Part shown: piece after piece, positions 9,712-19,932 of the stretch | Numbering within the stretch: position 1 is the stretch's first letter | Layout of the letters: every line of letters starts with the position of its first letter | DNA from: Angustibacter luteus | GTDB lineage: Bacteria; Actinomycetota; Actinomycetes; Actinomycetales; Angustibacteraceae | Direction: 5' to 3' | Length of the DNA stretch: 64,000 nucleotides | NCBI RefSeq assembly: GCF_039541115.1 | Contig: NZ_BAABFP010000004.1 | Coordinates: forward strand, 496,001 to 560,000 | Program-made: the position numbers and the translations under genes | The notes under the pieces: model-generated | Databases searched by the model: none | What the model was told of the DNA's origin: nothing | What the model saw: the letters and a program-made list of their open reading frames with translations, nothing else

Positions 9712-10605
9712 CTACGCGGGAGCGTCCGGGTCGCGGGCGAGGTGATCGAGCAGGACGCGCACGGGCGGCCACTGCTCGCGCCCGCGCCGGGTCACCGCGT
9801 ACACGCGCATCGTCACGGCCGGGTCGGTCAGCGGGAGGACGCGTACGCCGCGGCGGGTGGCGCGCCCGCGGGGCAGCAACCCGATGCCGTGGCCCGCCAC
9901 GATGAGGTCCTCGACCATCTCCAGGCTGTCGATGCGGTGCGCGACCCGGGGGGTGAAGCCGGCCATCGACGCCAGGGTGCGGAGCACCTCCTCGTCCGCG
10001 GTGTTGCGGGAGTTCACGATCCAGTCGTGGTCGGCGTAGGTCGAGAACGGTTGCCGCCGGGCGGGCGACGGCACGGCCAGGCCCCACTGGAGGGTCCACA
10101 GCGGGCGAGCGGTCAGGTCGTTCCGTAGCGCCACCGGTGCGAGGTTGTAGTCGTAGACGAGCGCGACGTCGACGTCGTCGCGGCCCAGCAGCTCGAGCGC
10201 CTCCAGCGGCTCGTACTCGCTCATCCGGACGTCGACCCCGGGGTGGGTCGTGGCCAGCTCGACGATCGCCGGCAGCAGGGACCGCCTGATCGCGGTCGCG
10301 AAGCCGGCGACCCGGACGGCGCCCTCGGGCTCACTGGCCGGGTCGAGGTCGCGGCGCGCCGCCTCGACGGCCGCGAGGATCGTCACCGCGTGGTCGGCGA
10401 GCCGCCGCCCGGCCGGTGTGAGGCGCACGCGCCGGCCGTCCGGCTCGACCAGCGCCGTGCCGACCTCCGTCGCCAGTGCCGCGATCTGCTGGGAGACGCT
10501 GGACGTGGTCAGGTCGAGCTCGTCCGCGACCTCGCGCATCGAGTCCAGCCGCGAGAGCTCGAGCAGCACCCGCAGGCGCCGGAGGTTCAGGTCGAGAACG
10601 TTCAT
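9712..10605 (-). CDS. LysR-family transcriptional regulator
   Basis: [12 protein letters not shown]...[19 protein letters not shown]...RRVRLTPAG; divergent from EamA. Confidence 0.9.
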   Translation of the reverse strand: MNVLDLNLRRLRVLLELSRLDSMREVADELDLTTSSVSQQIAALATEVGTALVEPDGRRVRLTPAGRRLADHAVTILAAVEAARRDLDPASEPEGAVRVAGFATAIRRSLLPAIVELATTHPGVDVRMSEYEPLEALELLGRDDVDVALVYDYNLAPVALRNDLTARPLWTLQWGLAVPSPARRQPFSTYADHDWIVNSRNTADEEVLRTLASMAGFTPRVAHRIDSLEMVEDLIVAGHGIGLLPRGRATRRGVRVLPLTDPAVTMRVYAVTRRGREQWPPVRVLLDHLARDPDAPA

Positions 10606-10615
10606 GATTCGTGAA
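10601..10615. promoter_or_regulatory. LysR-type dyad operator candidate
   Basis: TTCATGATTCGTGAA (T-N11-A dyad) overlapping the lysR start codon. Confidence 0.45.
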
Positions 10616-10672
10616 CGGTACATCCAGGAAACTCGCGTGGACGTGAACGGTGGCGTCGCGTTCACTGGGTCC

Positions 10673-11563
10673 ATGACCGCGCTCGAGACCAGCACCAGCA
10701 GACCGGCGACGACGACCGCCCGCTCGTCGGCCCGGACCGGCGCCGGGATGGCGGTCACCTCGATGCTCTGCGTCCAGCTCGGGCTCGCCGCGTCGGTGCC
10801 GCTGATCGACGTGGTCGGCACGCAGGGGGCGGCGTGGCTGCGGCTGTCGTGGGCCGGCGTGCTGTTCCTGGTCATCGTGCGTCCGCGGTTCACGAGCTTC
10901 TCCCGCTCGGCCCTGCGCGCCGGCATCGCCCTCGGCGTGGTCACCGCCGGTCTCACGATGCTCTTCATGGCCGCGATCGCGCGGCTGCCGCTGGGCACCG
11001 CCAGCGCCCTGGAGTTCCTCGGACCGCTCGGCGTCGCGGCGTGGCGCAGCCGCGGAGCCGGCCGCGCGTGGGCCCTGCTGGCCGGCGTCGGCGTCGTCCT
11101 GCTGACCCAGCCCTGGACGGGCGAGGCCGACCTGGTGGGCGTCGCCTTCGCGCTCGGCGCGGCGGCCTGTTGGGCGGCCTACATCCTGCTCACCCAGCGG
11201 GTGGGCGACGAGGTCACCGGCATCGCGGGACTGTCGATCTCGATGCCCGTCGCGGCGCTGGTGGCGACCGTGGTCGCCGGCCCCGGCGTCCTGCCCCACC
11301 TGACGCCGCAGGTGCTCGCGCTCGGCCTCGGCCTGGCGGTCCTGCTGCCCGTGGTGCCGTTCACCCTCGAGCTGTTGGCGTTGCGGCGCCTCACCACCGC
11401 CGCGTTCGGGACCCTGATGAGCCTCGAACCCGCGATCGCCGCGGTCATCGGCTTCCTCGTGCTGCGGCAGGCCCTGGACCTCCTGGCCGTCGCCGGCATC
11501 GCCCTCGTCGTCGCCGCCGGTATCGGGGCCGAACGCGGCGGCGCCCGGGCGGGACACGTCTGA
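10673..11563 (+). CDS. EamA/DMT transporter (RhtA-like)
   Basis: [42 protein letters not shown]; about 10 TM. Confidence 0.9.
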   Translation: MTALETSTSRPATTTARSSARTGAGMAVTSMLCVQLGLAASVPLIDVVGTQGAAWLRLSWAGVLFLVIVRPRFTSFSRSALRAGIALGVVTAGLTMLFMAAIARLPLGTASALEFLGPLGVAAWRSRGAGRAWALLAGVGVVLLTQPWTGEADLVGVAFALGAAACWAAYILLTQRVGDEVTGIAGLSISMPVAALVATVVAGPGVLPHLTPQVLALGLGLAVLLPVVPFTLELLALRRLTTAAFGTLMSLEPAIAAVIGFLVLRQALDLLAVAGIALVVAAGIGAERGGARAGHV

Positions 11564-11678
11564 CGGTTCGCCCGGCCAGGGTTCACCGACCCGACGAGTT
11601 CCGTGCACGCCCCGTCCACGTTGTGCGGCCAGCATCGGGCCGGAGCGTGCCAGCGGGGCGCGCAGGTCGGAGGACTCG

Positions 11679-13316
11679 ATGTCGTTGCGCGCCCGTCACC
11701 TCGCGCTGGTGCTGGTCCCCGTCACTGCGGCGGCGCTCGGGGCCGTGCCGGCCGCGGCGGTCTCACCGAAGGCACCGACCGGCCCCACCGCCCGAGCTGA
11801 CGGGTACGTCGCGTTCGGCGGTCGCACCCTGACCCTGCCCGCGGCCCTCGGGGTGACGGCCAACGACCGGGTCGGCGCCGGCGGTGCGCGAACCGTCGTC
11901 CAGCACACCGACCCCGCGCACGGCAGCCTCGCGCTCGCCGCCGACGGCTCCCTGCGCTACCGCCCGGCGGCCGGGTTCCACGGCCGAGACACGTTCTCGT
12001 ACACCATGACCGACGCGGTCAGCCTCTACCCCACCCACCTGCCGGCGCTCGCCACCATCGACGGGACGACGCTCAGCGGCGGCGCGTACGGGTCCGGCCT
12101 CACCCCGGTACCCGGCGTCCGGAACGAGTTCTACGGTCTCACCGACCGCGGCCCGAACGTGGACGGCCCCGGCGGGGTGAAGGTCGAGCCGCTGCCGTCG
12201 TTCACCCCGGCCATCGGCCGGTTCCGGCTGGTCTCCGACGCGCTCGGCACCCGTGCCCAGCTCGTCCGCAGCATCACGCTCAAGGCGGCGGACGGCAGCC
12301 CGTACAACGGCCAGGTGAACGCGCTGGCCAACACCGGCGAGACGATCCTGGACCGGGACGGGGCGGTCCTTCCCGCGTCGGCCAACGGCTACGACCCCGA
12401 GGGCCTGGTCGCGCTGCGGGACGGCACGTTCTGGGTCTCGGACGAGTACGGGCCGTTCATCACCCACGTCGACGCGAACGGCCGGGCGATCGAACGCCTC
12501 TCGCCGTACGACGGGTCGCTGCCCCGCGAGCTCGCGAACCGGGTGCCCAACAAGGGCATGGAGGGTCTGACGATCACCCCGGACGGGCGCACGCTCGTCG
12601 GCATTATGCAGAACGCCCTGCAGGCGCCGGACGTGACGGGCAAGACCGGCTCCTACCCGGTCATCCGGATCGTCACCGTCGACCTGCGCACCCGCGCCCA
12701 GCACGAGTACGTCTACCTGCTGGATGACCCGCAGACCACCAACTCCGGGGTCAGCGAGATCACGGCGCTCAGTGCCACGACGTTCCTGGTCGACGAGCGC
12801 GACGGACTGCTGGAGCCCGGCGCCTACAAGAAGCTGTGGAAGATCGACCTCGCCGGTGCGACGGACGTCGGGCCGGCCACGACCGCGGGGACGTACGACG
12901 TCGCCGAGGGCGGTCTGGTTGCGGGCGGCGGCTCGCTGGAGAAGCTCGTCGGCAAGGCCACCACCGCTGCGGCCCAGGAGACCCTGGCCGGCGTCGGGGT
13001 CACGCCGGTCCGCAAGACCCCCGGGCTGGACCTCGGCGCCCTGGTGAGCGGGCTCGACCCGTCCGGCGGCTTCTTCGGCCACGACAAGGTCGAGGGCGTC
13101 ACCACCGTCGACGGCGGCCGCACGCTGGTGATCAGCAACGACAGCGACTTCGGCATCGACGCCGTCACCACGGACGCGCCGCCGTTCGGGCTGCACGCCA
13201 AGGTGTTGCCGAACGGCACCCAGGACGACGGGGAGTACCTCGCGGTCGACACGACGCGGCTGGTCGGTGGCGCCGCGCGCACGAGCACCGCGACCGTGAC
13301 GATCTACGTCCCGTAG
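11679..13316 (+). CDS. Secreted esterase-like/phytase-like beta-propeller protein with Ig-like (cadherin/Big_9-type) domain
   Basis: Signal peptide; HGSLALAADGSLRYRPAAGFHGRDTFSYT; LTDRGPN, DPEGL, FWVSDEYGP, NKGMEGL, DKVEG, NDSDFG. Confidence 0.8.
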   Translation: MSLRARHLALVLVPVTAAALGAVPAAAVSPKAPTGPTARADGYVAFGGRTLTLPAALGVTANDRVGAGGARTVVQHTDPAHGSLALAADGSLRYRPAAGFHGRDTFSYTMTDAVSLYPTHLPALATIDGTTLSGGAYGSGLTPVPGVRNEFYGLTDRGPNVDGPGGVKVEPLPSFTPAIGRFRLVSDALGTRAQLVRSITLKAADGSPYNGQVNALANTGETILDRDGAVLPASANGYDPEGLVALRDGTFWVSDEYGPFITHVDANGRAIERLSPYDGSLPRELANRVPNKGMEGLTITPDGRTLVGIMQNALQAPDVTGKTGSYPVIRIVTVDLRTRAQHEYVYLLDDPQTTNSGVSEITALSATTFLVDERDGLLEPGAYKKLWKIDLAGATDVGPATTAGTYDVAEGGLVAGGGSLEKLVGKATTAAAQETLAGVGVTPVRKTPGLDLGALVSGLDPSGGFFGHDKVEGVTTVDGGRTLVISNDSDFGIDAVTTDAPPFGLHAKVLPNGTQDDGEYLAVDTTRLVGGAARTSTATVTIYVP

Positions 13317-13322
13317 CGGCGG

Positions 13323-14513
13323 TCAGGGCTTCTTGGCGGGGTGCTTCGGCGGCTTCGGCGCTTTGGCCTTGTGGGGCTTGGCCGCGGGCTTGGGTGCGGG
13401 CTTGACCTTGGTCGTGGTCGACGCGTTGGTGGCGCGGGTCCGCGTCGCCGTCGGGGAGGGGCTGTGCGTCGTCCGCGTGGAGGTGGCCGCTGCCGGACGC
13501 GGGCTGGCGGAGACGGTCGGTCGGTCGACGCTGGCGGCGGGGTCGTTGCCGCCGAGCCCGACCGCCACGGCGACGACACCGGCGACGGCGACCGTCGCGG
13601 CACCGACCAGCGCCGCCGGCCGTCGCGACCGCCCACCCGCGGGCGCGGGCTCCGTGACGATCGGCGGAAGGACGGCAGTAGGCGGTGGCAGGACCGGCGC
13701 CTGGTCCGTGGACGACGTCCACGCCGCGATCTCGGCCGCCGATGGCCGCATGGCGGGGTCCTTGGCGAGGAGCCGGAGGGTCAGCGCCTCGACCGGGGAG
13801 CCCATCAGCTCGGGGAGGACCTGGCCAGGACGCACCGGTACGGCCTGCACGTGCTGGTAGGCCACCCCGGCCGGGCTGTCGGCCCGGAACGGCGTCACCC
13901 CGGTCACGAGCTGGTAGAGCACGCACCCCAGCGAGTAGACGTCGGACGCCGACGTCGCCGGGCCACCCTGCGCCCGCTCGGGTGCGAGGTAGTGGCTGGT
14001 GCCGAGGATCTCCCCGGTGGACGTCAACGCGAGGGCCGGGTCGTCGACGAGTCGCGCGATCCCGAAGTCGGCGACCTTGACGGTGCCGTCGGCCGCCAGC
14101 AGGAGGTTCCCCGGCTTGACGTCCCGATGGATCACGCCCTGCGCGTGCGCGGCCGCCAGCCCAGCGGCAGCCTGCGCCACCACGGTCATCGCCCGCTCCG
14201 GCGCCATGGCGCCGTTGAGGGCCGTCTCACGGGCCAGGTCGTGCCCGGCGACCAGCTCCATCACCAGGAACCCGTGGTCACCGGACGTGCCGAAGTCGTG
14301 CACCGTCACGACGTTCGGGTGGCTCAGTCGCGCGGCCGCCTGCGCCTCGACGCGGAACCGACCTGCTGCCTGCTCGCCATCACCCGTGCGCAGCATCAGC
14401 TTGACCGCGACGGTTCGTCCCAGCACGGCGTCCGTCGCCGACCAGACCTCGCCCATGGCGCCTCGGCCCAGGCGTTCTACCAGCAGGTAGCGGTCGGCCA
14501 GCAGTTCCGTCAC
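13323..14513 (-). CDS. Hanks-type Ser/Thr protein kinase with TM segment and low-complexity extracellular tail
   Basis: LGRGAMGEV, VAVK, HRDVKPGN, DFG, YLAPE, SDVYSLG. Confidence 0.92.
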   Translation of the reverse strand: MTELLADRYLLVERLGRGAMGEVWSATDAVLGRTVAVKLMLRTGDGEQAAGRFRVEAQAAARLSHPNVVTVHDFGTSGDHGFLVMELVAGHDLARETALNGAMAPERAMTVVAQAAAGLAAAHAQGVIHRDVKPGNLLLAADGTVKVADFGIARLVDDPALALTSTGEILGTSHYLAPERAQGGPATSASDVYSLGCVLYQLVTGVTPFRADSPAGVAYQHVQAVPVRPGQVLPELMGSPVEALTLRLLAKDPAMRPSAAEIAAWTSSTDQAPVLPPPTAVLPPIVTEPAPAGGRSRRPAALVGAATVAVAGVVAVAVGLGGNDPAASVDRPTVSASPRPAAATSTRTTHSPSPTATRTRATNASTTTKVKPAPKPAAKPHKAKAPKPPKHPAKKP

Positions 14514-14589
14514 CCGGTCATGGTGCTGGGGACCGTCCGGGATCGCCAGTTGGATCAAGCAAGCCCGCTCGCGGGCCACGCGCTCACCA

Positions 14590-14644
14590 GATAGCGGGAT
14601 ATCGGGGCTCAAAGAGGCCGTTTGACGCCGGATAGCGGGACATC
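14590..14644. repeat. REP-like palindromic element family A, copy 1 (left-arm core inverted)
   Basis: GATAGCGGGATATCGGGGCTCA-11 nt-TGACGCCGGATAGCGGGACATC; the right arm matches the copies at 41220 and 60465. Confidence 0.75.
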
Positions 14645-14661
14645 TGGGGTGCGCGGCGGGC

Positions 14662-15372
14662 CTACGAGGCGAGGTAGACGGTGCTGGCGGAGGGCTCGCG
14701 GGTGTAGAAGTTCGGGAACTCAACGACGTCCGCGCGCGCCTGACCGAACACCTTGCGCAGGGTGGCGAGGAAGTCCACGTCCGGCGCGCCGTCCGCCCAC
14801 AGGCCGAAGATGCCGCCCGGGCGCAGCAGCTCCACCAGCCGGCCGAGGCCGTCGCGGGTGTAGAACGCCGCGTGGCTGGGGTGCAGGACGTGCCGGGGCG
14901 AGTGGTCGACGTCGAGCAGGACGACGTCCCACTGGCGACCCGGAACGGCTGGGTCGAAGCCGGTGCCCGACGCGACCAGGGCGAAGAAGTCGGCGTGCAG
15001 CAACGTGGTCCGCGGGTCGGCGTCCAGCTCGGCGCCGCCGGGTACCAGGTCGCGCACGTGCCAGTCGATGACGTCGGGCAGTGCCTCGACGACCGTCAGC
15101 GCGCTCACGCGGGGGTCTTCGAGCGCCGCCCGCGCGGTGTAGCCCAGTCCGAGCCCACCGACCACGACGTCCAGGCTCCGGTCGGACGCCTCGCCGAGCC
15201 CACGACGCGCCAGCTCGACCTCGGCCACGGTGAACAGGCTCGACATGAGGAACTCGTCCCCGAGCTTGACCTCGTACACGTCCACGCCCAGCGACGGCTC
15301 GACCCGTCGGCGCAGGCTGATCGCGCCCATCGCGGTCTCCCGCCAGGCCAGCTCCTCGAACCGCGCGCTCAC
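14662..15372 (-). CDS. Spermidine synthase-like SAM-dependent class I fold protein
   Basis: EFLMSS, VVVGGLGLGYT, VVE, VLLDVDHSP, LRPGG. Confidence 0.75.
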   Translation of the reverse strand: MSARFEELAWRETAMGAISLRRRVEPSLGVDVYEVKLGDEFLMSSLFTVAEVELARRGLGEASDRSLDVVVGGLGLGYTARAALEDPRVSALTVVEALPDVIDWHVRDLVPGGAELDADPRTTLLHADFFALVASGTGFDPAVPGRQWDVVLLDVDHSPRHVLHPSHAAFYTRDGLGRLVELLRPGGIFGLWADGAPDVDFLATLRKVFGQARADVVEFPNFYTREPSASTVYLAS

Positions 15373-15489
15373 CCTCAGGCTCCCGTCTGCCACCCCCAGT
15401 AGGCCACGCCGCTCCCGCCCACGCACGACAGTCGCCGCACTAGGGTCGTGGCGAGCACACCTCCCCTCCCCAACGACGAGGAGCGCGCC

Positions 15490-15918
15490 ATGGACTGGAC
15501 CCTCGAAGTCGTCCTCCTGCCGGTGAGCGACATCGACCGCGCGGTGGCCTTCTACCGCGACCAGGTCGGGTTCCACCTCGACCACGACACCACGAACGAG
15601 CACATGCACGTCGTCCAGCTCACCCCGCCCGGCTCAGGTTGCTCGATCGTGATCGGCGACCTGCCCAGCCAGACCGAGATGGCACCCGGGTCGATGCGCG
15701 GGCTGCAGCTCGTGGTGTCCGATGCGCAGGCTGCCCGCCAGCACCTGGTGGACCACGGCGTCGAGGCCAGCGAGATCACGGTGTTCGACGAGCGGGACGG
15801 TGGCACGTTCTTCGGCTTCGCCGACCCGGACGGCAACACGTGGGCCGTGCAGCAGCTCAAGGTGCGCGCGGACAAGCCGCTGATCCCGCTGGACGCACGC
15901 GGTCGCTTCGGGGAGTAG
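15490..15918 (+). CDS. VOC/glyoxalase family protein
   Basis: PVSDIDRAVAFY...QLTPPGSGCSI...FADPDGNTW; GAGGAG RBS. Confidence 0.85.
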   Translation: MDWTLEVVLLPVSDIDRAVAFYRDQVGFHLDHDTTNEHMHVVQLTPPGSGCSIVIGDLPSQTEMAPGSMRGLQLVVSDAQAARQHLVDHGVEASEITVFDERDGGTFFGFADPDGNTWAVQQLKVRADKPLIPLDARGRFGE

Positions 15919-15939
15919 AGCCGGACAAATCGGCGGGGC

Positions 15940-15955
15940 TCGAACACGTGTTCGA
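15940..15955. promoter_or_regulatory. LexA (SOS) box
   Basis: TCGAAC-ACGT-GTTCGA, a perfect match to the actinobacterial TCGAAC-N4-GTTCGA consensus, at the -35 position of a putative promoter (-10 CATGCT 15964-15969). Confidence 0.8.
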
Positions 15956-15975
15956 TTGTCTGCCATGCTGGGTCG

Positions 15976-16260
15976 ATGGCCGCGACGCCCCTCCCCCGTC
16001 GAGGACCCTCCCTCGACGAGCGGTCCCGGGCGACCGGCATCGGCACCGGTCAGCCGGCTCCGGCGAGGTGGTCCCCGCGACACTGCTGGGTCGAGGGTCA
16101 CCACGGCTGGCCCGGTCGCTGGCCGGGCGTGATCCTGGAGTGGCGCCAGCTGGACGAGGGCTGGCAGGGCCGGGTGGCCTTCGTCCTCGTACTGGGGCGT
16201 GAGGTGTGCCTGGTCGAGTCCTGGTTGGACGCCGACGTGCTGAGACCCACGGCAGGATGA
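15976..16260 (+). CDS. Small hypothetical protein (Trp-rich, beta-strand, possibly SH3-like), probably SOS-inducible
   Basis: Fills the intergenic gap; RHCWV...[10 protein letters not shown]...WQGRVAFV...[12 protein letters not shown]; leaderless ATG 6 nt after a -10; LexA box upstream. Confidence 0.7.
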   Translation: MAATPLPRRGPSLDERSRATGIGTGQPAPARWSPRHCWVEGHHGWPGRWPGVILEWRQLDEGWQGRVAFVLVLGREVCLVESWLDADVLRPTAG

Positions 16261-16264
16261 GCCC

Positions 16265-17416
16265 GTGAACCTTCCCCTCGGGAGCGGCCCGCTGGCCGGC
16301 GTCCGCGTCGTCGAGCTCGGCGGCATCGGACCCGGCCCCTTCTGCGGCATGCTGCTCGCCGACCTCGGGGCCGACGTGATCCGGCTCGAACGACCGGCGG
16401 ACGTCGGAAGGGCGAGCGAGCACCCGGTGGTGCACCGCGGGCGGCGATCAGTGGCGCTCGACCTCAAGTCGGAGGACGGGATCGCCGCTGCGCTCCGGGT
16501 CGTGGACACTGCCGACGCGCTGATCGAAGGCTTCAGACCCGGTGTGGCGGAACGAATCGGGCTCGGACCCGACGTGTGCCTGGCCCGCAACCCGCGGCTC
16601 GTGTACGGCCGGATGACCGGCTGGGGCCAGGACGGACCGCTCGCCCAGCAGCCGGGCCACGACATCAACTACATCGCCCTCGCTGGCCTGCTCGGCGCCC
16701 TCGGCCACCCCGACCGGGAGCCGCTCCCTCCGCTGAACCTGGTGGGAGACATGGGCGGTGGCGGGCTCCTGCTCGCGCTCGGCCTGGTCGCCGGCGTTCT
16801 CAGCGCCCGGACGACGGGGGTCGGGCAGGTCGTGGACGCCGCCATGACGGACGGCACGGCGATCCAGCTCGCGCTGGTGCACGGGCTGCTCGCTCGCGGG
16901 CTGTGGGCGGACCAGCGCGGCGGCAACCTGTTCGACGGGTCCGCGCCGTTCTACCGGACCTACCGCTGCGCCGACGGCGGCTTCGTCGCGGTCGGTGCCA
17001 TCGAGGCGCCGTTCTACGCGGCGCTGCTGGCCGGGTTGGGCCTGCAGGACGACCCGCTGTTCGCCACCCAGTTCGACACCTCGGCCTGGCCCGAGATGTC
17101 GGCGCGTCTCGCCGATGGGTTCAGCACCCGAGCCCGCGACGACTGGGCCGCCCACTTCGGCGACCTCCCGGCCTGCGTCACGCCGGTGCTGTCGTTCGCC
17201 GAGGCCGCCGACCACCCGCACCACCTGGCCCGTGGCACCTTCACGGAGCAGCACGGCTACCTCGAGGCCGCCCCGGCCCCGCGCTTCTCGGTCACACCCG
17301 CCGGCCCGGTCGCCGCGCCACCGGCGATCGGCGAGCACACCGTCGAGGTGCTGCGCGAGGCCGGGCTCGACGACGATTCGATCGCGCGTGCCACCCGTGC
17401 CTACCCTCGTCGGTGA
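16265..17416 (+). CDS. CaiB/BaiF CoA-transferase family (alpha-methylacyl-CoA racemase-like)
   Basis: [45 protein letters not shown]. Confidence 0.92.
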   Translation: MNLPLGSGPLAGVRVVELGGIGPGPFCGMLLADLGADVIRLERPADVGRASEHPVVHRGRRSVALDLKSEDGIAAALRVVDTADALIEGFRPGVAERIGLGPDVCLARNPRLVYGRMTGWGQDGPLAQQPGHDINYIALAGLLGALGHPDREPLPPLNLVGDMGGGGLLLALGLVAGVLSARTTGVGQVVDAAMTDGTAIQLALVHGLLARGLWADQRGGNLFDGSAPFYRTYRCADGGFVAVGAIEAPFYAALLAGLGLQDDPLFATQFDTSAWPEMSARLADGFSTRARDDWAAHFGDLPACVTPVLSFAEAADHPHHLARGTFTEQHGYLEAAPAPRFSVTPAGPVAAPPAIGEHTVEVLREAGLDDDSIARATRAYPRR

Positions 17417-18459
17417 TGAAGCCCTCCCGCACCACGTCCTGCGCCGCCGTCCTCGCCGTCCTGCTGGGCACCGTCGCGTGCTCGCACCGAGCGCCCACCC
17501 CGGCCGCACCGTCCCCGTCGGTGACGACGTCCGCGCCCAGCCCGCCGGCGAGTGCGCCCCCGCTCGTGGCACCGCTCACCGGCCGGCCCGTGCACGCGGT
17601 CGCCCAGCGGCCGGCGCTGACCGTGAAGATCGAGAACAGCACGGCGGCCCGCCCGCAGTCCGGCCTGGACCAGGCGGACCTCGTCGTCGAGGAGCTCGTC
17701 GAGGGCGGGATCACCCGGTTCGCCGCGATGTTCCAGACCGCCGACCCGGGCACGGTGGGCCCGGTGCGGTCCGTGCGCAACGTCGACACGTCGATCGCGT
17801 CGCCGACCCGCGGGCTGCTGGCCTTCTCGGGCGGCGCCGGCGTGGTGCTCAAGGTGGTCCGCAAGGCGCCGTTGCAGCTGCTCTCCGGCGGTGCCGGGTT
17901 CCGTCGCTCGGGCGCGCGGTCGGCCCCGCACAACCTGTACGCCAAGGCCGGCACCTTGTGGGGGCGGGCGAACGCCGCGCACCGAGCCCCGCCGAAGCCG
18001 TACCTCCCCTGGGCGCCCGATGCGACCCGCGCTGGCACGGCCACAGCCCCGGGCAACCAAGCCGCCAGCCAGGCGCAGCTGACCTTCTCGAGCGGCGAGC
18101 GGCCGCGCTGGACGTATCAGGCCTCCACCCGGACGTGGCTGCGCAGCGAGGGCAGCAAGCCGGCGAAGGTCGCCTCCGGCCGGCGGCTGGCCGCTGACAA
18201 CGTCCTCGTGCTGCGGGTGCGCACCCGGGACGCCGGCTACCGCGACCCGGCCGGTAACGACGTGCCCGAGTCGGTGCTGACCGGGTCCGGCCGGCTCACG
18301 GTGCTCAGCGCGGGGCGACAGGTCTCCGGCACCTGGCACAAGGCCGGTCGGGACGCCCGTTTCACCTTCACCGACACGGCCGGCCGGCCCTTGCTCGTCG
18401 CGCCTGGGCGGACCTGGATCGAGCTCGTGCCGTCGACCGGCGCCGTCCGGATCTCCTGA
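17416..18459 (+). CDS. DUF3048 family lipoprotein
   Basis: Lipobox TVAC; APLTG, VKIEN, ARPQSGL..AD.V.EE.VEGGITRF, GPVRSVR, APHNLY. Confidence 0.85.
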   Translation: MKPSRTTSCAAVLAVLLGTVACSHRAPTPAAPSPSVTTSAPSPPASAPPLVAPLTGRPVHAVAQRPALTVKIENSTAARPQSGLDQADLVVEELVEGGITRFAAMFQTADPGTVGPVRSVRNVDTSIASPTRGLLAFSGGAGVVLKVVRKAPLQLLSGGAGFRRSGARSAPHNLYAKAGTLWGRANAAHRAPPKPYLPWAPDATRAGTATAPGNQAASQAQLTFSSGERPRWTYQASTRTWLRSEGSKPAKVASGRRLAADNVLVLRVRTRDAGYRDPAGNDVPESVLTGSGRLTVLSAGRQVSGTWHKAGRDARFTFTDTAGRPLLVAPGRTWIELVPSTGAVRIS

Positions 18460-18565
18460 GCCTGCGGATCGGGTACGCCCCGTCTGGTGCGGCAGGGGGT
18501 CTGGACGCCGCCGCTCGACTCCAGTTGAGTAGGCGCATCCGCGCCGCGCACCCGGGGAGCCCACC

Positions 18566-19162
18566 ATGTCCACGATCACGCCGGGCTTCTTCGGGCGCCG
18601 ACGCCGCTCGGACGACGACCTGCCGCCCGGCCAGTACCTGACCGAAGACTTCCCGGTGCTCACCGCCGGGCCGACGCAGCACGTGCCGACACCGGAGTGG
18701 CAGTTCACCGTCACCACCGAGACCGGCCAGCGGCAGACCTGGGACTGGGCGCAGCTGATGGCGTTGCCGCAGGAGGACGTCACGGTCGACCTGCACTGCG
18801 TGACGCGGTGGTCGAAGCTGGCGACCCGCTGGCGCGGGGTGTCCGTGGACACGCTGCTCGCGGACGTCGACACCGACGCGAGCTTCGCGCTCGTCGGCTC
18901 GTACGGCGGCTACACGACGAACCTGCCGCTGGACGACCTGCTCGAGGGGCAGGCCTGGGTGGCCCACCGGTTCGACGACGACGACCTCGACGCCGAGCAC
19001 GGCGGCCCTGCCCGGCTGCTCGTGCCGCACCTGTACCTCTGGAAGAGCGCCAAGTGGGTCACCAGCATCACGCTCTCGGACGCCGAGGAGCTGGGGTTCT
19101 GGGAGAGCGCTGGCTACCACAACTACGGTGACCCCTGGCGCGAACAGCGGTACTGGGAGTGA
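18566..19162 (+). CDS. Sulfite oxidase-like molybdopterin oxidoreductase
   Basis: LPPGQY, DLHCVTRWS (Mo Cys), EHGGPARLLVPHLYLWKSAKW, GFWE..GYH. Confidence 0.9.
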   Translation: MSTITPGFFGRRRRSDDDLPPGQYLTEDFPVLTAGPTQHVPTPEWQFTVTTETGQRQTWDWAQLMALPQEDVTVDLHCVTRWSKLATRWRGVSVDTLLADVDTDASFALVGSYGGYTTNLPLDDLLEGQAWVAHRFDDDDLDAEHGGPARLLVPHLYLWKSAKWVTSITLSDAEELGFWESAGYHNYGDPWREQRYWE

Positions 19163-19899
19163 GCGGCTGGCAGCGCGCGACGGTCGTCGGGGCGCGGGCC
19201 GAGACCGCGTCCGCGCGCACCTTGCGGCTGCAGGTCGAGGGATGGCCGGGACACCTTCCCGGCCAGCACGTCGACGTCCGGCTCACCGCCCCGGACGGTT
19301 ACACCGCAACGCGTTCGTACTCGATCGCGTCGGCCTTCGACGGCGCCGCAGGCGGCGACGAGATCGAGATCTCGGTCGAGGAGGTGGCGGACGGCGAGGT
19401 GTCGCCGTACCTCGTGCAGGTCGCCGCGGTCGGGGACGCCGTCGAGGTGCGCGGGCCGCTCGGCGGCTGGTTCGTCTGGCGGGCCGCGCAGCCGGAACCG
19501 TTGCAGCTCATCGGTGGTGGCTCCGGCGTCGTCCCCCTGATGTCGATGGTGCGCGGGCACGAGCTGGCCGGCGCCCGCGCCCCGGTGCGGCTGCTCTACT
19601 CGGTGCGCGACCCGGCCTCCGTCTACTACCGCGACGAGCTGACCCGGCGCGCCGCCGAGCAGCCCGGCCTGCAGGTGGACTTCGCGTACACCCGGACCGC
19701 CCCGCCGTCCTGGGACGGGGTGGTCGGCCGGCTGGACGGCGCCCGGCTGTCCCGCTGGACCTGGCCGGTGGACGCCGAGCCGACCACGTACGTCTGCGGC
19801 CCCACGGGTTTCGTCGAGGCGGTAGCGGACGAGCTCGTGCGGGCCGGCTACGACCCGCGGCGGATCCGCACGGAACGGTTCGGCCCCAGCGGCTCCTAG
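19159..19899 (+). CDS. Ferredoxin-NADP reductase-like FAD/NAD oxidoreductase
   Basis: PGQHVD, RSYSIAS, GEVSPYL, GGGSGVVPLMSM, YVCGPTGF. Confidence 0.9.
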   Translation: MSGWQRATVVGARAETASARTLRLQVEGWPGHLPGQHVDVRLTAPDGYTATRSYSIASAFDGAAGGDEIEISVEEVADGEVSPYLVQVAAVGDAVEVRGPLGGWFVWRAAQPEPLQLIGGGSGVVPLMSMVRGHELAGARAPVRLLYSVRDPASVYYRDELTRRAAEQPGLQVDFAYTRTAPPSWDGVVGRLDGARLSRWTWPVDAEPTTYVCGPTGFVEAVADELVRAGYDPRRIRTERFGPSGS

Positions 19900-19932
19900 G
19901 CCAGCGCCGGGTCCTAGGCCAGCGCCGGGTCC
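19894..19932. repeat. 18-bp tandem duplication at a convergent gene junction
   Basis: TCCTAGGCCAGCGCCGGG x2 followed by TCC. Confidence 0.9.
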
